From positions 52,390,001-52,454,000 of the forward strand of contig NC_042998.1 of assembly GCF_006345805.1 (NCBI RefSeq): DNA of 64,000 nucleotides. The letters are read 5' to 3'. Under the pieces are notes generated by a model, which was given only the letters and a program-made list of their open reading frames with translations, was not told the origin of the DNA and made no database searches. This DNA comes from Octopus sinensis. Lineage: Eukaryota. Made by a program: the position numbers and the translations under genes. Shown here piece by piece: positions 37,234-50,715 of this stretch; the stretch's first letter is position 1; the number at the start of each line of letters is the position of its first letter.

Positions 37234-39950
37234 GACACACACTCATACACATACATACACATACATATGCTAACACAAATACAAATACACCTGCAGTCAC
37301 ACAAACACTCATATGCAAGCCTTCAAATGCACAAACACATTAACGAGTGACAGACAGACAGACAGACAAAAGTGATATATTGAGACATACAGACAGACAA
37401 ATGGACAGTGAGAAGTGATCAGCTGATTTAGGTTGACAAGGAAGCTCAACAGGTGGTAAGCAAATAGATAGTCAGACGAAAAGACAGACAGACAGACAGA
37501 CAGACAGACAGGCAGGCAGGCAGGCAGACATGCGGATAGATGTGTTGTGTAGGAGCAAGTCTATGTTTGCTTGTGAGAGAATGAGAGAGAGAGAGAGGAG
37601 ACAAAACAGACAGACAGGCAGATAGGCTGGGAGTCGTTTGTATGGCAGAAATTATATGTGCATATGTGTATCCAAGAAATTTCCTAGTTGACACAGAAAT
37701 GACAGACAGACAGGGCTGGCAGGCAGACAGGCAGACAGGCAGGTAGAGTAGGAAGACACAAAAAGACAAACAGAAAATCAGACAGATAGACAGACAGGCG
37801 ACAGACAGATAAACAATGAAGTGAAATTGCACCATGGTACTATGTTCTTTGTTTGCAAGTAAAGGTATATTAAACCAACTTTTCTATTCTAGGCACAAGG
37901 CCCGAAATTTTAGGGGATGGGTCCTGTCTATTAGATTAATTCCAGTACACAACTTGTACTTAATTTATTGACCCCGAAAGGATGAAAGGCAAAGTCGACC
38001 TCAGCGGAATTGTAACTCAGAAAGTAAAGATAGACGAAATACCTATTTCTTTACTACCCACAGGGGACTAAACACAGTCGGGACAAACAAGGACAGAAAA
38101 ACGGATTAAGTCGATTATATCGACCCCAGTAACTGGTACTTGTTTATTCGACCCTGAAAGGATGAAAGGCAAAGTCGACCTCAGCGGAATTTGAACTCAG
38201 AATGTAAAGACAGATGAAATACCACTAAGCATTTTGCCCGACATGCCAGGGTAGTAAGCTACGAAATTTTTACAATCTCTAGATTTCCTGTAATTCAGAC
38301 TGCTTCATATTCCCAGCAGGCAAAATGAAAAAGGTGTTATCCTAGAGGATGGCAAGTGTGATGTGCTGGAATGGGCACTCTGACTCATGGGGCTCACACT
38401 TGTGGACAGCCATCTTTGCCCCAATAGTGGTGATCAGGGATATGGTCCGGGAGGATGAAAATGCCAAAGGTATCTACTGCTACAGGCTTGACTATAAACC
38501 TTTTGGAGAGCGAGCGAATGAACGATACTTTGAAAATTTGCTCTTTTCAGCCTGACTAGCAACGAAGCCTGGGCTGGTTACTGAACTCACCAAGTTACTA
38601 CTGGAGAAGGTGTCAGTAGCAAGTGGTGTTCAGACAGGCAGGCAGGAAAGCAAGTGCAGTAATACACTGCCTTTGTTTCAATTTATTTATAAAATAATGA
38701 AGAATTTATTTAATCCTTTAGCATTGAGATTATTCTGTTAAATGTACTGCTTATTTATGCACATTACAACCAGCCAGGCAAAGAGTGTTTGTCCAGGATA
38801 GGACTACACAGCCACAGCAGGAGATGTATCAGGACATGAAATGTAAAAGCTGGACTAGATTATTTTATGTGCAACTCCATTGTCTCCCAAGACAAAAAGG
38901 ATGCCAACAACTTTGTATTAAACATGTATTATCTTGTAGCTTCAAGATTTTGATGATGTGACTGATTATTTTTAGAATGACATTGTAGGGTAAGTGTGAG
39001 AGGCCAGATTTGGTCTGTTTGGCTATGAAACAGGCAGAATATTTTGGCCAAATATGGCCAGTTTAAATGCTAAAAGGTTATGTAACTTTGTCATTATTAA
39101 ATTAATGTAGGGTGATGAGCTGACTGAGACTTTAGCATGCTGGTCAAAATGCTTAGCTGGATTTCTTCTGGCTAAATGTTCTGGATTTAAATTCTACTAC
39201 AGTCCACTTAGCTTACCATTCTTTTGAGGTAAGAAAGAATGGTAAAATTAGAAGCAGGTGCAGGAGTAGCTGTCTGGTAGGAAGCTTGCTTGCTTTGCAA
39301 CTACATGGTTCCAGGTTCAGTCACTCTTTGAGGCATCTTGGGCAAGCATCTTCTGCTATAGCCTCGGGCTGACCAAAGCCTTGTGAGTGGATTTGGTAGA
39401 TGGAAACAGAAAGAAGTCCATTGTATGTGTGTGTGTGTGTGTGCATGTGTCTCTTTATGTCTGTGTTTGTGTTGTACCACTGCTTGGTGTGTTTACATCC
39501 CTGCAACCTAGCAGTTGGGCAAAAGTGACCAATAGACTAAACGCCAGGCTTTACAAAATAATAATAAGTACTGGGGTCAAGTCATTTGATAAAAATACTT
39601 CAAAGCAGTGCCCAAGCATGGCTGCAGTCTAATGACTGAAACAAGTAAAAGATGAAAAATATAAATAACTTTGTCTTTACTCTTTTACTCTTTTACTTGT
39701 TTCAGTCATTTGACTGCGGCCATGCTGGAGCACCACCTTTAGTCGAGCAAATCGGCCCCAGGACTTATTCTTTGTAAGCCTAGTACTAACTCTATCAATC
39801 TCTTTTGCCAAACTGCTAAGTTACGGGGATGTGAACACACTGCATCAGTTGTCAAGCGATGTTGGGGGGACAAACACAGACATGCAAACATATACACACA
39901 CATACATACATATATATATATATATCCCCAACATATATATATAAATAAAC

Positions 39951-40650
39951 GGGGCAGGCAACAGGTTGCTTGGCCGCATACCGAAAAGTTAGAAATAGTA
40001 ATATATAAATAGTAATATATAAATGTAATATATGAAATATATATTCAAACAATTGCAGTGTGGAAGGTGTTTGTAAGCCATTTAAGAAACACACAAAAGC
40101 CGTTCGATTCACTTCAACATTTAAGTTTAATTTGTCAAAATATTTTCGGTGCTAAAATCCGCGACCTGTTCACTGACAAAAATCCGTCCTCCGCGACCTG
40201 TTCACTGACAAAAATCCACGCTGCACAGATTTTTGTCAGTGAACAGGTCGCGGATTTTAACGACGAAAATATTTTAACAAATTAAACTTAAATGTTGAAG
40301 TGAATCGAACGGCTTTTGTGTGTTTCTTAAATGGCTTACAAACACCTTCCACGCTGCAATTGTTTTCATTCCAGCACACGATCTCAGATCAAATCACTTG
40401 CTATGCGAGTACATCTCCGTAATATATTCAAAATATATATGAAATATATATTCAATATATTTATAATCTAGAAACATGTTCGCAAATGACCGTCAGACTT
40501 TGTTTTCATTATTTATTCCTTCTGTTTTGCATATGTGAATTACAGGGATATGTTGTGTGTGGAGTCCCACTTGTAGAAAATAGAAATAAACAGTCTTGAC
40601 TGCTATTTCTAACTTTTCGGTATGCGGCCAAGCAACCTGTTGCCTGCCCC
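39951..40650. mobile_element. ~700-bp element with perfect 48-bp terminal inverted repeats and an internal ~140-bp fold-back
   Basis: 39951-39998 is the exact reverse complement of 40603-40650; inner arms 40047-40184 and 40228-40365; 28-bp direct duplication at 40158-40185 and 40190-40217. Confidence 0.8.
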
Positions 40651-40781
40651 ATTTATTTATATACAATATATATACTGAACTTTACAGAAGTTCCTACCGT
40701 TTATCGGTTATATTTACATACCGAATTCTACTAGTAAATAATTGTTGGTTTTTTAAAAACCATTATAGGAATTATTTACTC

Positions 40782-40812
<31 letters not shown>

Positions 40813-40996
40813 TATATACGACAAATCCACCCACAAGGCTTTGGTCAGCCCAAGGCTATAGTAGAAGACACTTGCCCAAGGTGCCACGCAGTGGAACTGA
40901 ACCCGGAACTATGTGGTTGGTAAGCAAGCTACTTACCACACAGTCACTCCTGCACCTATATTAATTAATTTTTATTAATCCTTTTATTTTTTCCAT

Positions 40997-41113
40997 GCTT
41001 CCAGCACCAAGGTTTCTCAGCGGTCACCTATCTAAGTACTCACTAGGTTCAAAGTTGTTTGACTTCGGTGATTGATTGAGAACCGGTATATTCAACGTGA
41101 TATGGCCATAAAC
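40997..41113 (-). pseudogene. 5S rRNA pseudogene, probably retroposed
   Basis: Minus strand GTTTATGGCCATATCACGTTGAATATACCGGTTCTC..ATCACCGAAGTCAAACAAC..AGTACTTAGATAGGTGACCGC..GGTGCTGGAAGC follows metazoan 5S along its length with many substitutions; followed by an A-rich tract, not an oligo-T terminator. Confidence 0.8.
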
Positions 41114-42099
41114 TTGTCTTCATTAATCTAGTACTTGGAATGTAAATTATCATAAAATCTTAATGGGAAGTTTTAATGTAGATCACCTTAAAATAGTGAG
41201 TATGCATCATAGAATCAGTTGTGGTCTCAGGTGGGGAAGTATAGAAAGAGTTAATCCAGGTACAACACATATAAATACATTTTCAAAAATAGTAATATGA
41301 GTCAAACATTTGGTTATCTTTGAATAGAAACATGATTGATAATGTATCAAGGTTCAATGTAATTAAATTATGTAAGTTCTCACTTTCTTCAATAATTTTC
41401 ATAAAAAGTTAATAGCGTTTGCATATTAAGCCATGCAGATATTGAAAAAGAGGTATGAGAAGAAAATATAGATAATAAGCCATTGCTCGGAATTAGCTTC
41501 TGTTTAGTTAAAATAATCTGTGCTGTGTTTTCTTTATTATTTGTGTGTGTGTGTGTGTGTGTGTGTATTTCTGTGAGTGTATGTGAATGTATTTGTGTGT
41601 GTGTGAGTTTGTGTGTGTGTATTTGTGTGTGTGTGCATGTGAGTGCATGTGCATGTATGTGCATGTGTGTGTTTGTGTGTGGGTGCATATTTGTGTACGT
41701 GTGTGTTAAACTTGCATAGCAGCTGTTTGTAAAATACTGTTCGATGAAAAAGACACCAAGCTATAAGAGGTTTGAGAACTGCAGCTCTAAACAGACACAC
41801 AGACAGACACACATGCAAACACATGCACATGTATGCTTTCACTGTTGCTAGTACAAAACACATGTACATACACAGGTACAATTACACAGACATGCACACA
41901 GAGTCAAGTGTATACGCATGCATGCGCAAATACTTATACACATTTACAAGTACATGTCACAAGCAAAGAAAGAAGCATACATACGCAGACATATGTTCAT
42001 ATCATACTATTGCAGCCTAATAACATAGCGAATTCTCACTCAAATGATCTCAAATTTTAACAAAATGTGCAAAAACTGATTGGGCCTGCCAGTGATAAT

Positions 42100-42350
42100 C
42101 ACAGCGTGCTGTTGAAATGGCCATCATTTTCACCTGACTTGGCACCTTGTGATTTCTTTTCTATGGGGCTATGTAAAAGTACTGGTTTATATCCTCTCTC
42201 TTCCTACAAGCCTAGAGGAACTCAAGCAGAAAATCACTGAGGTGCTGGAGAATGTTACACAAGACATGCTACAACAAGTTTGGCAGGAGCTGGACTACTG
42301 ACTTCATGTGTGTCGTGTCACAGGTGGTGTGCATATTGAACATTAGTGAA
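42100..42350 (+). mobile_element. Tc1/mariner-superfamily transposase 3' fragment
   Basis: KWPSFSPDLAPCDFFLWGYVK..LEELKQKI..DMLQQVWQELDY*LHVCRVTGGVHIEH. Confidence 0.75.
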
Positions 42351-43816
42351 GCTTTGTTTAAATTGGTTATAAAATCTGCATTCCTCTGAATCTCTTGTTC
42401 AAATTTTAATAAATAAATCTTTTATTGTTGAACGTTATTAGTATCATTCTTAAGAATGAATGTATTATATTACTATAAATTTAAAACGATTTTTTTATAG
42501 TTTCATTTGAATAAAATTAAATGTTCTTTGAGTTAGGAATTAACTAATGACTTGTAGGGATGTGGTATTTCATTGTGCAACCATAATATATGATGAAGTA
42601 TATCAAACGTTTTTATAACTCAATACCGTGTTAAATTGTGTCAGCAGTGCTCTTTACAGGAATCAGTTATAAGACAATTTAATCAGCATAAGTGTTCTTT
42701 TAAACATATGGGATGATCTTTCTACAAGTTTGTCAAAATATCTATGATTTAAAAAAAATAACAATGTTAGAATTTATAAAATTCTTTAAAAAAATTATAG
42801 AGTGGCTGTGTGGCAAGTAGCTTGCTTACCAACCACATGGTTCTAGGTTCATTCCCACTGCGTGGTACCTTGTGTCTTCTACTATAGCCTTGGGCCACCA
42901 AAGCCTTGTGAATGGATTTGGTAGACGGAAACTGAAAGAAGCCCATCATATATATGTATATATATGTATATGTATGTGTGTGTGTGTCTGTGTTTGTCCC
43001 CCCAACATCGCTTGACAACTGATGGTGGTGTGTTTGTATCCCCGTAACTTAGCGGTTCAGCAAAAGAGACCAATAGAATAAGTTTTAGGCTTATAAAGAA
43101 TAAGTCCTGGGGTTGATTTGCTCGACTAAAGGTGGTGCTCCAGCATGGCCACACTCAACTGACTGAAACCAGTAAAAGAGTAAAAGAGTAATATTCTGAA
43201 CCTTTTTAGGCTAAATCTTGTGAAGGTGCATGGCTCAGTGGTTAGAGCGTCGGGCTCACAATCATGAGGTAGTGAGTTTGATTCCCAGACTGGGCTGTGT
43301 GTTGTGTTCTTAAGCAAGACACTTTATTTCATGTTGCTCCAGTTCACTCAGTTTTAGAAATGAGTTGCGACATCACTGGTCCCAAACTGATTGGCCTTTG
43401 CAGATCCTTTGGATAACATTGGTGTCATGGAAAGTGGAGGCTGGTATGCATGGGCAACTGCTGGTCTTCCAAAAACAATCTTGCCTGGACCTGTGCCTCA
43501 GAGGGGAACTTTCTAGGTGCAGTCCCATGGTTATTCATGACACATGGGGGTGGAGTCCCCTAAACCTTTTAAATAAAAAAAGGATGATTGTGATGATCTT
43601 TACTTCTTAAAGACAATAAGTACATTGTTTACCAGAAATTTCATCTTTAAGGTCCATACAGAATTAATTTAGATTTTTTGTCATCCATTCATCCATCCAT
43701 TTATTCCTGGGAGGATTGCTAGAATAGGGTTCTGAGATATCATAAGATCCTATCAGAAGCAACCATCATTACGTTTTTTGATTGAATTCCCAAGCATGAC
43801 CAATTGAGGTTATAAT

Positions 43817-44047
43817 TTATTTCGTTATTGCCCACAAGGGGCTAAACACAGAGAGGACAAACAAGGACAGACAACGGGATTAAGTCGATTACATCGACTC
43901 CAGTGCGTAACTGGTACTTATTTAATTGACCCCGAAAGGATGAAAGGCAAAGTCAACCTCAGCAGAATTTGTACTCAGAACGTAACGGCAGATGAAAAAC
44001 TGCTAAGCATTTTGCCCCGCATGCTAACGATTCTGCCAGCTCGCCAC
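43817..44047 (-). mobile_element. SINE A copy with 17-bp TSD, inserted beside a decayed RTE fragment (about 44065-44330, minus)
   Basis: CCAATTGAGGTTATAAT at 43800-43816 and 44048-44064; adjacent minus-strand LWHYRHVIRM resembles RTE LRWYGHV.RM. Confidence 0.8.
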
Positions 44048-45500
44048 CCAATTGAGGTTATAATACACTAAGCATTTCATTCTTGGCCTACTTCTAGCTC
44101 TCCTGCTGACTGGCTTGGCTTAGCTTGAAGAATCCCTCATGAGATTCCTTCCTGCAGCATTCTAATTACATGTCTGTAATGCCAGAGCTGTGACCTCCCA
44201 ACCTGGAGAAATAGCTGATAAACCTTGGGGGATTCCCTGATCTCGAAGTTATGCACCTTCACGAGTAACATTACTCCAGAGAATCTTCAGAGGAACCCGT
44301 TTTGGCTACTTGTATTTGTGAGCATACACTGTCATTACAAATCAAAATATTTACTAAAAGATTTTAATCACTTGATGACTGAAGACTAGACAGTCAGGTA
44401 ATATTTTAATCAATGCTTTCAAAAAGATAAAAAAAAATTCGCTTTAGTCCTACGAATCAAATATTTGTTATTTTTGTTGTAATATATCAAAAAGACAGCG
44501 AGTAAATGACAGACAGCCTTATATAATAATATAATATATTCTAACTAGATCGAAAGATTTTTTTTTATTGTTAACATATATCTAATGCTTTATATATATT
44601 TTAGTGATATGTATGTATATATGTGAAGGTATGTGGCCTAGTGGTCAGGCTGTTGAACTCATGATCACTAGATCATGGGTTTAATTCCCTGACTGGTTGG
44701 TGTATTGTATGCTTGAGCAAAACATGTAATTTCCCCTTCGATCAGGTGGGGAATGCTGGCATGCTCACCTAGCCAGCGTGGTGGCATCATTCAATGGCTA
44801 AAACAATGCAAAATCGCATTGTGACCAGCGATATGTAACAACATCTGATAGCCTGGTCGGTCACGTGATCATGTGTGTGATAGGTATATATATATATAAC
44901 CTATCCATCTAGCACGGAACACAGATGTTAAATGATGATGATGATGATGATGATGATGATGGTGATGATGATAAGAGCATTTAATTTATTTTTTAATTGC
45001 TCAAGATTCAGTGAATCATATGATGTGCAGTCATAATCCAAAGAATTACAGCTTAAAATAATACTTATACATTCACACACATACATACGTAGACATGGCA
45101 TTGCCCAGCATAGCCACAGCATTAGGCTGAAATGTGTAAAAGTATAAAAGAATACATACAAACACAAATGTATGCACACACATACATAAAAATATACATA
45201 CACATAAGCACACACTTATACCCCTCTCTCAAATGCATACACTCACAAATATACATACACACAAACATACATATTCACATATATACACACACATACTCCT
45301 TTACTCTTTTAATCTTTTACTTCCTTGAGTCATTTGACTGTGGCCATGCTGGAGCACTACCTTTACTCAAAGAAATCGACCCCAGGACTTATTATATCAG
45401 TCTCTTTAGCTGAACTACTAAGCTACGGGGATGTAAACACACCAACATCGGTTGGTATGTTTACATACATGCATATTTAATATATTTAATACACACACAC

Positions 45501-45548
<48 letters not shown>

Positions 45549-46974
45549 GCTTCTTTCAGTTTCCCTCTACCAAGTCCACTCACAAGGCTTTGGTCAGCCT
45601 GAGACCATAGTAGAAGACACTTACCCAAGGTGGCACGTAGTGGGACTGAACTCAGAAACATGTGATTGGTAAGCAAGCTACTTACCACACAGCCACTCCT
45701 GCACCTGTATATTTGTGTAATGCTTCCTAAAATTTTAATTTTTAGGTTAATATAGCAATATAGCATTCAACAGAAAGCTGGAGATTTTTAATTTGTATAA
45801 TAATAATGAAGATAATAGTAATAATAATAATGAAGATTATAATAAAGATGACAGTGTCACAGCAGAAATACATGCTAATAAGAAAACCCATGGCCTTTTC
45901 ACTAACCTTTTCAGTTTAAGTGCCATAATATATTTGATTAAATATCTTGAAGAAACAAAAGTTCCTTGTAAAAGCCACTTATCAAGATGACCTCCACTGG
46001 TGATGATGGAATTTCTCATATCAATGAATCATTAGAAAAGATACAAAACGAAAATTCATTTTGGACATTTTTACCTCTCGCTTTATTCTTTCTTTGTTTC
46101 CTATCTCTTCTGTGTTCTCCCTTCATGTTTAGTCTTTCTTTCCATCTACTCTCATGGTCTTTTTCTGAGTATCTATTCTTTAGATGGCTTCCACATGTTC
46201 AATCAGCTGTTGTAAAAATACTTTAACCTTTTTGTGGCCAGATTACTCTGTCAAATGTAATGCTTATTTAACCCTTACGTTACTGTTTTTATTTTGAGAT
46301 GCTCTGTGTTTCTTTCAATTAAAGGTTTGGTGGAAGATTTTAATTCAAAACTTATGAAAACATGACATTTGTACTCAGAGTCAGAGCCGGTTTCAGCCAG
46401 GTTAGTAATGAAAGGGTTATTAGTTTCAAATTTTGTTTCCTGAAAAGAGTTCACCTCTATAATTTTTCATTACCTATATGTATGCATGTATGTATGTATG
46501 TATGTATGTATGTATGTATGTATGTATGTATGGATGAATGGATGGATGGATGGATGGATGGATGGATGGATATGTGTGTATGCAAGTATTTGTGAGTCAG
46601 TGTATGTGAGTGTCTTTGTGTATATGTTTCCATGTCTTTATTGGTGGTTTTGTTAATGTTGTAGTCCTGGGTAAATAAGATCAACCAAAACCTTCGAAGG
46701 CCATGCAACAGCTGATCTGCAATCCAAGGATGGAAACTAGTAAAACAATAAAAGAATAGAAATACGAATATATGTGTATGTGTGTATGTGTGTGTGAGTG
46801 TGAGTTTGTGTATGTGTGTGTGTGTGGTATATGTGTGTGCTTGTGTGAGGTGTGTATGTGTGCATTGTGTATTGGGCATGTGTACAGACAAATAGATAGA
46901 AAGATAGATAGATAGACAGACAGACATATATATATATATAGAGAGAGAGACCAAAGTGTATGTACACCGCTATA

Positions 46975-47376
46975 TCTATAATATAAATTGGACATGGGCA
47001 GTCATTGTATTCTTTCTTGTCTTGAGGTTCACAGCCAAATGGCCAGGTGGATTTGTGTGAAAAATGGCATATATGTGGAGACAGGTGCATAGATTGGAAT
47101 GCAGTTTGTATTTTTTTCCTAACCCCCATACTTACCGAGAAAATCGATTAAAACTTTTCTAATGGAATTTCCCTCTTTCTTCTGCCATTAAAACAACCAG
47201 TTGCTCAGAAGCTGATGGGGTGGGATCAGGAAATTTTCATATATCTGGAGGCTCCAATCGAAACAGGGGACCCGAGATGATAAGGTTGACAAACACTGTT
47301 ATAGATTATGCCTAACCGAAAACGATCACAGCCACATCCTCAAAACAGACCGGGTGAAACCGGGCTTAGCTGCTAG
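46975..47376 (+). mobile_element. Non-autonomous Helitron-like element
   Basis: A|TCTATAATATAAA 5' end; 3' hairpin CCGG-GTGAAA-CCGG followed by GCTGCTAG|T; no TSD, consistent with A|T insertion. Confidence 0.65.
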
Positions 47377-47794
47377 TATATATATACTTTCTTTTTCTTT
47401 TACTTGTTTCAGTCATTTGACAGTGACCATGCTGGAGCACCGCCTTTAGTCGAATCAAATTGCCCCCAGGACTTATTCTTTGTAAGCGTAGTATTTATTC
47501 TATCGGTCTCTTTTGCCGGACTGCTAAGTTACGAGGACCTAAACACACCAGCATTGGTTGTCAGATGATGTTGGGGAGACAAACACAGATACACAACATA
47601 TACACACACACATATATACATATATACGACGGGCTACTTTCAGTTTCCGTCTACCATATCCACTCACAAGGTGTTGGTCAGCTCAAGGTTATAGTAGAAG
47701 ACACTTGCCCAAGGTGCTATGCAGTGGGACTGAACCAGGAACCATGTAGTTGGTAGGCAGGCTGCTTACCACACATCCACTCTAACAAGCAAGT

Positions 47795-47867
<73 letters not shown>

Positions 47868-47868
47868 T

Positions 47869-47915
<47 letters not shown>

Positions 47916-48112
47916 GGACGGACGGACGGACGGACGGACGCACAGACAGACAGACAGACAGACAGGCAGGCAGGCAGACAGACAGGGAGGCAGGCAGGCA
48001 GACAGACAGACAGACATAGATAGATAGATAGTTATAGACAGACAGATAAATAGATAGACAGATAAACAGACAGATAGAAAAAGAGAAAAAAGAGAGAGAA
48101 TAAGAGGGGGGA

Positions 48113-48143
<31 letters not shown>

Positions 48144-50589
48144 ACAGAGAGAGAGAGAGAGGGGGACAGAGAGAGAGGGGGACAGAGAGAGAGAGAGAGA
48201 GAGAGAGAGGAAGAGAAAGGCAATGTATAAGTGAATGTATGTAAAAGTATTAGTGCCAGAATTAAGAAGGAAATAAAGTTGATGGACTGAAATGAAATAT
48301 CATGAGAAATTGAATTTGAATAAATAATGTCTTTAATTAAAGGAAACCAGATACCATGAGAGTTGATTAAATAAACTTGGTATTACAATGAATATTAATG
48401 CATGCTGGTGTTAAATTGATGGCCTACACATTCTCCATTTCCTACTAACAGAGAAGACATGGATTTCATTTTAATGAGATCCCTTATCTCCAGGGAGATT
48501 AGTGAAAATTACAAGAAATTCAAATATCTGCCTTGCTTATCTAGATTTCTTGCTAAACTATCTTCTGTTAATGAGACATCTTAGTGAAGTTAAATAAGGG
48601 AACTTCTGGACAGTTTGGTTACTCAGCCTACTAAAAATAGTAGTTGAGTTGCTTTCATATCATATCCTATTATATTAAAAATTGGAAGGAAGTATTTGGA
48701 TAATATGGTTTTTTGACACATTTCAACTGGGGAAATGATAAAATGATTATGGTTCAACACTTTAACATTTAAACTGGCTATATCCAGCCCAAACATTCTA
48801 CTTGTTTTGTGTTCAAACTGGCCAGATCTGGCCTCTTACACCTACCACACAATGTCATTTTAAAAATAAACAATCACTTCATTGAAATCTTATATATATC
48901 TTTACTACCCACAAGGGGCTAAACACAGAGGGGACAAGCAAGGACAGACAAAGGGATTAAGTCGATTACATCGGCGCCAGTGCGTAACTGGTACTTAATT
49001 TATCGACCCCGAAAGGATGAAAGGCAAAGTCGACCTCGGCGGAATTTGAACCCAGAACGTAACAGCAGACGAAATACGGCTACGCATTTCGCCTGGCGTG
49101 CTAACGTTTCTGCCAGCTCGCCGCCTTCATTGAAATCTTATAGCTGCAAGATTATAGTTGCAATCTTATAGCTGCATGATTAATTCAAACTAACCACATC
49201 TGGCCTCTCACACTTAACCTACAATGTCATTCTAAAAATAAACAATCACTTCATTGAAATCTTAAAGCCACAAGATTATAGCTGCAATCTTATAGCTGCA
49301 TGATTAATTCAAACTAACAACATCTGGCCTCTCACATTTAACCTACAATGTCATTCTAAAAATAAACAAGCACTTCATTGAAATCTTGTAGCTACAAAAT
49401 CATGCATGATTAATTCAAACTGGTCAACTCTGGCCTCTCACACCTACCTCCACAATGTTATTCTAAAAATAAATAATTACATCATTGAAACCTCATAGCT
49501 ACAAGATAATGCTTGATTAATTCAAAACAATGTGAATAAAGAAGCATTACATTTGACAGAATATTCTGAATGCAAAAGGCTTAAATGTCTTTGATCATAG
49601 ATTTGCAGAACAGGTTTGACCTAGGGCTAAACAGCAAACAGTACTACAACAGCAACAACAAGATATCTTAGATTTCTCATTTAAATAAGTGAATGATAGG
49701 TTATATGTTGGCAGCTGTAGGTTTTATTTTTTGTGTTTTGACACGAAAAGTTCTGGAGGAAATTCTTGTCAAAGCTCTGACTCAAAAGACACTTTTCAGC
49801 CTTTTCTATTCAATGGGCTATTTTTCCATTATCAACAAACGAGGGGTGGTGGTCTCTTAGGGGTCATTTGATCTGCTAGAAATAGCATCAAAATCTGCAG
49901 TTCAGACTTTATAGTCTTCAAGAAGGACACATCAGATACTCTAGACCTGCATGTCTTTGCCTGGTTCTCCATCAATTATGACAACAATTTTTCCACTTAA
50001 TCTGATCGATGGAACCACCTGCTCATGAAATTAATGTACAAGTGGTCGAGCACTCCCAGACATGCTTACCCTCAACATAGTTCTCAGGGAGATTCAGTGT
50101 GACACCCACAGTGTGACAAAGCTAACCCTTTTGAAATACAGGCATAACTCATTTTTGTTAGCTGAGTGAACTGGCAAATTGTGAAATAAAATGTCTTGCC
50201 CAAGGACACAATGTGCCACTGGGAATCGAACTCATTCATGATCTGCTTACCTTTAGGTTTAAATGAAGGACAAAGATGAATGGAATTGTAGGAAGTGCGG
50301 TTGGCACTGGATGGGTGCCTCACAATTCCTTACATAGTCGTGGAAAGGAAAATAGCAGGAACAAGAATCTCTGAACAAATAATAATAATAATTCATTTCA
50401 TCTGAATAAACATTTCATCTCTGAACATCGGTAGCCTGGACGACTTGGTGTGTGAGAAGCAGCAGGGTTGGTAGTCAGACACAAAAATACGAAGGCATTT
50501 TCACAGAATCGCAAAGTTGCTCACTGTCAGAATTCCAGCTCCACAGAGCTGGTCTAAGTTGCGTCCTGTCTGGTCAAAAGCCAGGGCTG

Positions 50590-50715
50590 AAGAGAGAGAG
50601 AATGGCGGTCAAGCCTAGCTGCTGCTGATGACTGCTCATAAGGGGCTTCTGGCAGGCCTTCCGGAAGGCTCTAATCCCTGCGCATGCGTGGATGAAAATT
50701 CCAAAATGGCGTCTG
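50590..50715. promoter_or_regulatory. Candidate housekeeping-type core promoter
   Basis: Non-repetitive, CpG-richer patch with AATGGCGG (50601-50608) and AAAATGGCG (50703-50711; YY1-like), palindromic GCCTTCCGGAAGGC (50656-50669; ETS-like) and TGCGCATGCG (50679-50688; NRF1-like). Confidence 0.45.

Noticed and set aside
50620-50670. CTGATGA inside the promoter-like region
   Set aside because: No downstream GAAA or stems I/III
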